Assembly (NCBI GenBank): GCA_036574205.1
Contig: JAINCQ010000019.1
Coordinates: 1-12,161, forward strand
DNA: 12,161 nucleotides
Source: Elusimicrobiota bacterium
GTDB lineage: Bacteria > Elusimicrobiota > Elusimicrobia > Elusimicrobiales > UBA9959
Direction: 5' to 3'
This document shows, in pieces, positions 1 through 6,433 of the stretch; the first letter of the stretch is position 1; every line of letters starts with the position of its first letter. Under the pieces are notes generated by a model. The model was not told where the DNA came from. It did no database searches and saw only the letters and a list, made by a program, of their open reading frames with translations. Made by a program: the position numbers and the translations under genes.

Positions 1-60
1 TTTAAGGGGGAAGAGACGGTTTAACAGTCTAAGGAAAGTAAAACCAGTTTTATTTGGGTT

Positions 61-115
61 AAAAAAATCATCCACAGTTTAACCACGGCCGTGGAAAATT
101 AGTGGATGTTGTTTT
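61..115 (-). terminator. Imperfect long palindrome with U-tract on the minus strand; possible terminator downstream of the L,D-transpeptidase gene
   Basis: CATCCAC (69-75) and GTGGATG (102-108) enclose the perfect palindrome CCACGGCCGTGG (83-94). The minus strand continues AUUUUUUU (plus-strand A7 at 61-67). Confidence 0.4.
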
Positions 116-119
116 GAAG

Positions 120-265
120 GCAAAATATCTTAGACTGACCGCCCCGGTCAGTCCACTATTGGAGATATATCTGTTTTTTATTACACACTTTTCAATAGAT
201 TTACAAATATTATTCTACGGCTCCACAGACTTAAAAGTCTGTCCAATATGTTTCTGATATTTTGC
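120..265. repeat. Cluster of nested inverted repeats with two related hairpins
   Basis: GCAAAATATC (120-129)/GATATTTTGC (256-265); GACTGACCG-ccc-CGGTCAGTC (133-153); TATTGGA (157-163)/TCCAATA (242-248); ACAGACT-taaa-AGTCTGT (225-242). Confidence 0.6.
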
Positions 266-328
266 AACAATATTTTTTAATATTTTTAATACTAGTTGTT
301 AAATTAGCAAATATATGAATGCCTTAAC

Positions 329-1495
329 CTATCTTACATATTTTGCGTATATCAAAGCGCCATTTCTAAGCATATTTATAACATCGCCTGAGACTTTATA
401 GTCAAACGCCATACACCCCCAGCTTCTTCCAGGTTTTACATTCGCCTCTTTAACATAAGGGGAGGGATGTATGACTACAGCTCTTCTATAAACATTTAAA
501 TTTGTTGGAGATAAACCGTGAAGTCTTAAAGATCTCCCATATTTTCCTTTATATATCTCACCTGTTTTATATACTCCTAAAGAAGACGCCTTTGACCCCG
601 GCACATTACTGAAATAGGTTGCATAACCATCATTGTTTTTATCGGAACCAGAGCCGTGTGAGACATGGTAAGCCGCAACAACTTTGTTTAACTTAAGATT
701 TATGATGTAAAATCTTGATTTAGCTGAGTGTTTAGAAAATTCCAGAACCGCCATAAATCTGTTATTAGAAAACTGGCCTTTATGTCCATAATAATAATTG
801 ACAGCTTCATTTAAAAGCGAACCATTTGCTCCAGCAGCTTTTGCCACATTATAACTAACGCTCGGTTTTGGCTTTGAGACAGATGCCCCATAAAAATGAT
901 CTATAGCGTTTTCAAAATCTGGATTTAAGCTATATGAGATCTGAGAAGGTAATATTTTTTTTATTGCGGCAACCACATACTTCGTAATAGACAAAAATCC
1001 AAAGCTGGATGTATTTAAAGATTGATCCTCCTCCTTGAAATTCTCCAACGCTTCAGTGTCATAATAATAGTAGTAATCGTTATATTCGTCAAAATCTTTA
1101 AACTCATAGTACTGGTCAGCCATTTGGGCAAACTGGGCAATCTCCTCATCGCTATATTCTTCACCGTCTTTGAGTTTGACACTTTCATCATAAGTAGGTT
1201 TTTCAGGGTTTAAAAGATCAAACTCAATATCACCATCATTGCCTAAACTCGCGCCACCCTGTTGAACCAATGATTTAACAAACTCATCACTTAAAAACTC
1301 CTCATTAACCCCTCTTTTACCGTCAATTGAAAAACCAACTCCGGGGGTTTTTTGTTTTCTAATAGTATCCTTTGAAACAGATATATCTTGATCTTCTTTT
1401 GATTCATTAAGGTATTCTTCCACCTTGCTTCTATTTTGAGAATAAAGGCTATTTATAAAAAACATTATTATTAAAATTAATATTGAGGTTTTCAT
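329..1495 (-). CDS. Secreted murein L,D-transpeptidase catalytic-domain family protein (YkuD_2-like) with acidic N-terminal extension
   Basis: 388 aa. Signal peptide MKTSILILIIMFFINSLYSQ. C-terminal domain has VSHGSGS, FSNVPGSKASSLG, YGRSLRLHGL, RAVVIH and GRSWGC (catalytic His/Cys of YkuD_2). Strong SD GAGGAGGAG at 1498-1506 on the minus strand. Confidence 0.88.
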   Translation of the reverse strand: MKTSILILIIMFFINSLYSQNRSKVEEYLNESKEDQDISVSKDTIRKQKTPGVGFSIDGKRGVNEEFLSDEFVKSLVQQGGASLGNDGDIEFDLLNPEKPTYDESVKLKDGEEYSDEEIAQFAQMADQYYEFKDFDEYNDYYYYYDTEALENFKEEDQSLNTSSFGFLSITKYVVAAIKKILPSQISYSLNPDFENAIDHFYGASVSKPKPSVSYNVAKAAGANGSLLNEAVNYYYGHKGQFSNNRFMAVLEFSKHSAKSRFYIINLKLNKVVAAYHVSHGSGSDKNNDGYATYFSNVPGSKASSLGVYKTGEIYKGKYGRSLRLHGLSPTNLNVYRRAVVIHPSPYVKEANVKPGRSWGCMAFDYKVSGDVINMLRNGALIYAKYVR

Positions 1496-1534
1496 AACTC
1501 CTCCTCAATTAATTTGTAATATAAAATTATTTAT

Positions 1535-1563
1535 AGTTTAAGGGGAAAAAGGGAATGTGTCAA
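1535..1563 (-). promoter_or_regulatory. Sigma70-type promoter of the L,D-transpeptidase gene
   Basis: Minus strand TTGACA (1563-1558), 17-nt spacer, TAAACT (1540-1535), about 40 nt upstream of the ATG at 1495. Confidence 0.7.
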
Positions 1564-1610
1564 TAGGACTAAAGACCCAATAAGATTTAGCCCTTAAATT
1601 TTATTATATT

Positions 1611-2639
1611 TTAAACTAACATCTTATTTTTTATTTGTTTAAATTTGCCACGATACTCTTTTTCAGAAAGCATAAGATGGGAATCAAGGTCACAAAACTC
1701 AAACACCCCAAGCCCGCAAGCAAAATGAACACTCTGATTAACACCTATACTTGATTCAGCCATACAACCTATCATAAGCTTTATATTTGCAGCTTCGCAC
1801 AATTTAACTATGGAAAGGCCATCAGAGATTCCGCTTTTCATTAGTTTTATATTCACATAATCAACTGCCTCGTTTTTAATCAGTTTTAACACATCATATT
1901 TTGTTTTTGCGCTTTCATCAGCCGCAACTGGATAAGGTGAATTAAATCTCACATATTTAAGTCCATCAATATCATACCATACAACTGGTTGTTCAAATAT
2001 AGCAACATCCACCCCTTTTGAATAGACGGTTTTTGCAAAATGTACTGCCTCCTTTGGAGAATACCCCATATTAGCGTCAACTATATACCTTGCGCCTTTT
2101 GTTTTTTTCGCTATCTCAATAACTGCTTCAATGTCTTCATTTAAATTTTCACCTACTTTTATCTTAATCGTTTTAAAACCACTCTTATATATTTCTATTG
2201 CGTCCTTGATCCTTTCCTCTATCTTCCCAATTGAAACAGTTTTATCTGTTTCTATTTCATTTTTCATTCCTCCAAGAAACTCCCATACACCACAGGAATA
2301 TTCCTCACATAAACAATCTAAAACAGCAAATTGTAACGCCGCTTTAAGTCCGCAAGAAGAAATAAGCTTATCAGTTATTTCAAATAGTTTTAAATAATTT
2401 CTTGTATCAAACCCTAAAATCATCTCCTTAACCTTTGAAAGTAAAGATCTTATCTGTTCAGTTGTCTCTCCATTTACTCTAAAAGACGGGGAAACCTCGC
2501 CATAACCTTTAAAACCATCATTTGTTATTATTTCTACTTCCACATTTTTTGCTTCAGTAGAGATAGAGTTAGTTATATGAAAAGGTTTTTGATATTTATA
2601 AGTTTTTATATAAAAATTTATGCCAGATATTTTACTCAT
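1611..2639 (-). CDS. Dipeptide epimerase (L-Ala-D/L-Glu epimerase family, enolase superfamily, MLE subgroup)
   Basis: 342 aa. KIK catalytic Lys motif, metal ligands in VDAN, EQP and ADES, second Lys in NIKL, GCMAES and DLD motifs. Strongly resembles Thermotoga maritima TM0006 as I recall it. Start overlaps the upstream stop (ATGA, 2636-2639). Confidence 0.92.
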   Translation of the reverse strand: MSKISGINFYIKTYKYQKPFHITNSISTEAKNVEVEIITNDGFKGYGEVSPSFRVNGETTEQIRSLLSKVKEMILGFDTRNYLKLFEITDKLISSCGLKAALQFAVLDCLCEEYSCGVWEFLGGMKNEIETDKTVSIGKIEERIKDAIEIYKSGFKTIKIKVGENLNEDIEAVIEIAKKTKGARYIVDANMGYSPKEAVHFAKTVYSKGVDVAIFEQPVVWYDIDGLKYVRFNSPYPVAADESAKTKYDVLKLIKNEAVDYVNIKLMKSGISDGLSIVKLCEAANIKLMIGCMAESSIGVNQSVHFACGLGVFEFCDLDSHLMLSEKEYRGKFKQIKNKMLV

Positions 2640-3982
2640 ATTGCCTCCATTATATTTTTAAAACTTATAATCTTTATCCTGTAATTAAAATCATATATGT
2701 TTTTTTCTTTATTTTCAACCTCTCCTATTTGATTATCGCAGGGATCTGACCTGAAAAATTTTTTTGCTGGTTTAAAATCTTTCATAAAATCATCATTTGC
2801 AACCATTCTAAATCCATCAAGGTTTCCAAAATAAAATTTCCTAAATTCCTCTTTACTTCGTCTTGCGCCTCCAAATGATAAATCCGCTGGCAACCAACCA
2901 TAAGGTTTTATATAAAAAAGTGCCCAATCATGTGGAGATGCAAAATAAGGGGTTATAAACCATCCTGATTGCCACCTTGCAGGAACACCTGCTATTCTAA
3001 GCATCGTTATAAATAAAATTGCCTGAAAACCACAATCCCCCTTAAAATTTGAAGCAACATATTCGGATATATTATCATAAAACATATAAGGTCTGACATA
3101 AGAATAATTCACATTTAAAGTTATAAAATCATAGATTTTTTTTGCGACCATATATGGATTTTTTTCTTTCCCCACAATCTCTTTTGTCATTTTCTTAAGA
3201 TGATTTGAAAAAACTATATGCGGAGGTTCCTCATTAATAAAGTCTTTTATATCAGATTCATTTACTTTTGATGGATCTACTTTATTAATCCATTCCTTTA
3301 TAATATACTCAAATTCAACAAAGAAATTATCATCATCTCTTCCTTCAAAATATATCGTTCTTTGGGGGAAGGAGTTGGGAGAGATATAAAAGTTTTTATG
3401 TGATGATGAAATAAGCTTCACATTAACTATTTCAAGCCCTTTTTTTGGGAAAGGAAGCCACACCCTTACTTTATCTCCAGAAGTTTTTTTTACTTTCAGG
3501 GAGATTTTTGCCCTTATTTTATAAATTTTGGGAGGTTCACCAGCAATTAATCTCTCAAGCCTTTTTTCAAGAAGTTTTTTTGCTAAGATCCTTTCTTCAG
3601 AAATTTTAATATTATTTTTATATTTTTTAAAAGCAAATGAAATATTATAATAAAACCTTTTTTCAAATTTTTTTCTTCCTTCAATTAGAACATAATCGCA
3701 TTTATTTTTCTCTAAAACTTCATAAAAATCTTCTCTTGTAAATCCTCTTATATTCTTATTTGCATTCTCAAAAGCTTTCTTTTCACTCACATAAAAGACA
3801 TGAGGTAGTCTTTTTATTCGTTCTTTTTCATAAATTAGTTTTAATTTTAACTCATAGGGTGTTTTCTTAGAAAGCCAGTCCTCTATAAGCCTTAAAGCAA
3901 ACTTTAAATTTCCCTTAATAATATTTAAAGATATCTCTTGTGGGGTTGGAAAATTTAAATATTCCATTTTGTTCATTTTCAC
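2636..3982 (-). CDS. Transglutaminase-like (cysteine protease fold) domain protein, predicted cytoplasmic
   Basis: 448 aa. Catalytic triad motifs GDCGFQA (Cys), PHDWA (His) and WLPADLS (Asp), plus RIAGVPARWQSG. No signal peptide. Start is uncertain (GTG 3982, ATG 3976 or ATG 3967). Confidence 0.85.
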   Translation of the reverse strand: MKMNKMEYLNFPTPQEISLNIIKGNLKFALRLIEDWLSKKTPYELKLKLIYEKERIKRLPHVFYVSEKKAFENANKNIRGFTREDFYEVLEKNKCDYVLIEGRKKFEKRFYYNISFAFKKYKNNIKISEERILAKKLLEKRLERLIAGEPPKIYKIRAKISLKVKKTSGDKVRVWLPFPKKGLEIVNVKLISSSHKNFYISPNSFPQRTIYFEGRDDDNFFVEFEYIIKEWINKVDPSKVNESDIKDFINEEPPHIVFSNHLKKMTKEIVGKEKNPYMVAKKIYDFITLNVNYSYVRPYMFYDNISEYVASNFKGDCGFQAILFITMLRIAGVPARWQSGWFITPYFASPHDWALFYIKPYGWLPADLSFGGARRSKEEFRKFYFGNLDGFRMVANDDFMKDFKPAKKFFRSDPCDNQIGEVENKEKNIYDFNYRIKIISFKNIMEAI

Positions 3983-3987
3983 AAATT

Positions 3988-3996
3988 ATTTTAGCA
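3988..3996 (-). promoter_or_regulatory. Extended -10 promoter (TGnTAAAAT) for the transglutaminase-like/epimerase operon
   Basis: Minus strand TGCTAAAAT ends 5 nt before the GTG at 3982. No SD is visible. Confidence 0.45.
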
Positions 3997-4113
3997 AAAA
4001 TTTTATCATAAAAATTGAATCTTTTTTCAAAAATTTAAATCATATTAGCTTTGCTTTGTTCCTGACATATTTTCTTCGTTTCCATTACTTTTCAGAAGCA
4101 TATTTTATTTCCT

Positions 4114-4155
4114 TTCACTATTTTGCTATCATTTAATTATAATTTTCACCAGGAG
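4114..4155 (+). promoter_or_regulatory. Putative purM operon promoter(s) and RBS
   Basis: TTCACT (4114-4119), 18 nt, TATAAT (4138-4143). Alternative extended -10 TGCTATCAT at 4124-4132. SD AGGAG at 4151-4155. Confidence 0.5.
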
Positions 4156-4160
4156 TTTTT

Positions 4161-5129
4161 ATGATAACATATAAAAAAGCAGGTGTTGATATAAAATTGG
4201 CTGATAAATTTACTGAGTTTCTGGAAAGAAAATCAAAAGCTATCGGTGGTTTTGCCGGGCTTTTTGATATAAAAAAATATGGTGCTGATTATTCGCTTGT
4301 AGCATCTACAGATGGTGTGGGGACTAAATTAAAACTTGCTTTTCTTACAAACAAACATAATACTATAGGTATAGATCTTGTTGCTATGTGTGTAAATGAT
4401 TTGATATGCGTTGGGGCAAAACCGCTTTTTTTTCTTGATTATTATGCAACCGCAAGTCTTAACCTTGAAAAGTCAAAAAAAATAATTGAAGGAATAATTG
4501 AAGGTTGTAAACAATCCAATATGATTTTACTTGGTGGAGAAACCGCAGAAATGCCAGGGTTTTATTCTGAAGGAGAATATGATCTTGCTGGCTTTGCAGT
4601 TGGAATAGTTGAAAACAGTAAAATTATAGATGGTAGAAAAGTAAAACCTGGAAATTTAATAATAGGACTTAAATCAAGTGGATTTCATTCAAATGGATTT
4701 TCACTTATAAGAAAGGTGCTTGAAGAAAAAGGGCTTTTAGAAAAATATGCCTCAAGGCTTTTGGCGCCAACAAAAATATATGTTAAAACTATAGAAAAAA
4801 TAGGAAAGAAGTTAAACAGTAAAGGTTCTGATATACTTTCAATATCACATATAACAGGCAGCGGAATTGAAGGAAATCTTGAAAGGGTTATTCCTAAAAA
4901 CATAGATTGTATAATAAATAAAAATAGCTGGAAGATTCCTGAAATTATGCTTGAAATACAAAAACTTGGAAACATATCAGAAAAAGAAATGTTTGCAACA
5001 TTTAATATGGGAATAGGTATGATCATAATAATAGAAGAGAAAGACTTACAGGAAGTTTTAAAAATAGAACCCCAGGCTATTGTAATAGGCAAAACTCAAA
5101 AAGGAAAAGGCAGAGTTATTATTAAATAA
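4161..5129 (+). CDS. purM: Phosphoribosylformylglycinamidine cyclo-ligase (AIR synthetase)
   Basis: Motifs TYKKAGVDI, GGFAGLF, STDGVGTK, DLVAMCVND, PLFFLDY, GGETAEMPG, SSGFHSNGFS, HITGSG, FNMGIG. Confidence 0.97.
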   Translation: MITYKKAGVDIKLADKFTEFLERKSKAIGGFAGLFDIKKYGADYSLVASTDGVGTKLKLAFLTNKHNTIGIDLVAMCVNDLICVGAKPLFFLDYYATASLNLEKSKKIIEGIIEGCKQSNMILLGGETAEMPGFYSEGEYDLAGFAVGIVENSKIIDGRKVKPGNLIIGLKSSGFHSNGFSLIRKVLEEKGLLEKYASRLLAPTKIYVKTIEKIGKKLNSKGSDILSISHITGSGIEGNLERVIPKNIDCIINKNSWKIPEIMLEIQKLGNISEKEMFATFNMGIGMIIIIEEKDLQEVLKIEPQAIVIGKTQKGKGRVIIK

Positions 5130-5147
5130 AATTTGTAAGGAGACATT

Positions 5148-6422
5148 ATGAAAAAAGCATTGACTATTTTTTTAACGCTCCTTTTTATATCCAACCTTAT
5201 TTCTCAAGAAAAAGAACAAAAAACTGAAAATCCACATAAAAAGCTTGTTATTTCCGCCTGGAAACTTTCTTCAAGAATAAGCCCCAACCCAATAAAACTA
5301 AATTATGTTTTTGATAAATCTTTTTTTAAACTAGTATCGGAAGAAAAAACCATTGAAATACTTAAAAAATTATACGAGGAAAATGGAAATGTCATTAATG
5401 TTACAAGCGTAACCTATCATAACGAAAAAAACGGAGATTTTTTCTTTCATACTGAAAAAAACATAATAATTCCAGTCTCAATATCTGTAAACGATAAAGG
5501 TAAAATAACGGGTGTTTTTTTTAGGCCGTCTTTTCAGAAACTTGAGGACCCCTCAAATATATTTAAGAAATTTGAGGCATTGAATTATGAAAAAAAAGCA
5601 ATGCTGATAAAAAAAATCGGAAAAGTTGAAGATACCATTTATTCCTTAAATGAAACAACACCACTTGCTTTAGGTTCAGCATTTAAATTATATATACTTG
5701 CCTATTTAATAAAAAAGGACATAAAATGGGAAAAAGTAATAAGAATAAATGATAAATCAAGATCGCTACCAACTGGAAAATCTCATCTTTTCCCAAAAGA
5801 TGCCCCAGTTACCATATTTTCTTTAGCAGAGGCTATGATATCTGAAAGTGATAATACAGCAACAGATACTTTAATAGATTATCTTGGAAGAGAAAATATA
5901 GAAAATTCGCTTTCAGATTTCTACAACTCAAGACCAGAGATCAATATTCCTTTTTTAAAAACATCCGAAGTCTTTAAGCTAAAATCCTCTACTCAACTTG
6001 CACAAGATTATATAAACCTTGACATTAAAGGTAAAAGAAAGCTACTTAAAGAAATAGAAAATGATAAGATTGATATTTATAAACTTGATTTTACAAGACC
6101 AGTTTTTATTAACTCAATTGAATGGTTTGCATCCGCAGAAGATATCTGCCGCTTATATGAATACTTTTTAAAAGAAAACAACGAATATGCCAACTCAATG
6201 CTTTCAATAAATCCGGGGCTTGATATAAAAACAGGAAGGTATATCTGGGCTGGATATAAAGGTGGGAGCGAACCGGGAGTTATATCTGCAAACTGGATAT
6301 TAAAATCCAAAAATGGCGATTATTATTGTGTAAGCTCTATAATAAATGACTCTAATCAAATAATAAACGAAAAAGAATATTTAAATATAATGCAAGAGAT
6401 ATTAAACAATATTGAACAATAA
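5148..6422 (+). CDS. Secreted serine hydrolase, class A beta-lactamase/penicillin-binding fold (Cpe/ORF12/LpqF-like)
   Basis: 424 aa. Signal peptide, ~130-aa N-terminal domain, SxxK (GSAFK), SDN (SESDNTATD) and KTG-equivalent YKGGSEPGV. SD AAGGAG upstream. Confidence 0.8.
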   Translation: MKKALTIFLTLLFISNLISQEKEQKTENPHKKLVISAWKLSSRISPNPIKLNYVFDKSFFKLVSEEKTIEILKKLYEENGNVINVTSVTYHNEKNGDFFFHTEKNIIIPVSISVNDKGKITGVFFRPSFQKLEDPSNIFKKFEALNYEKKAMLIKKIGKVEDTIYSLNETTPLALGSAFKLYILAYLIKKDIKWEKVIRINDKSRSLPTGKSHLFPKDAPVTIFSLAEAMISESDNTATDTLIDYLGRENIENSLSDFYNSRPEINIPFLKTSEVFKLKSSTQLAQDYINLDIKGKRKLLKEIENDKIDIYKLDFTRPVFINSIEWFASAEDICRLYEYFLKENNEYANSMLSINPGLDIKTGRYIWAGYKGGSEPGVISANWILKSKNGDYYCVSSIINDSNQIINEKEYLNIMQEILNNIEQ

Positions 6423-6433
6423 AAGAGGGATAG

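Noticed and set aside
2..82. Open frame from the window edge (LRGKRRFNSLRKVKPVLFGLKKSSTV-stop) as a possible gene 3' end
   Set aside because: Too short to support without upstream sequence, and it overlaps several palindromes.
102..257. 51-codon GTG-started plus-strand ORF across the hairpin cluster
   Set aside because: No convincing RBS or recognisable motif. The region is better explained by inverted repeats.
1..330. CRISPR array, tRNA or retron msr/msd call for the palindromic region
   Set aside because: No regularly spaced identical repeats, no cloverleaf or T-loop motif, and no cas or RT gene in the window. Kept only as an unassigned structured region.
1022..1213. 63-aa hydrophobic plus-strand ORF
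   Set aside because: Antisense shadow of the acidic/Tyr-rich part of the L,D-transpeptidase. TTG start and no RBS.
3983..4160. ZTP/purine riboswitch, PurR box or sigma54 promoter upstream of purM
   Set aside because: No riboswitch-like stems or PurR consensus seen. The TTGC motifs lack the -24 GG element and fit extended -10 promoters better.
5148..6422. Calling the serine hydrolase an antibiotic-resistance beta-lactamase
   Set aside because: It has KGG instead of KTG, no recognisable omega-loop ExxLN, and an extra N-terminal domain. The fold alone does not imply resistance.
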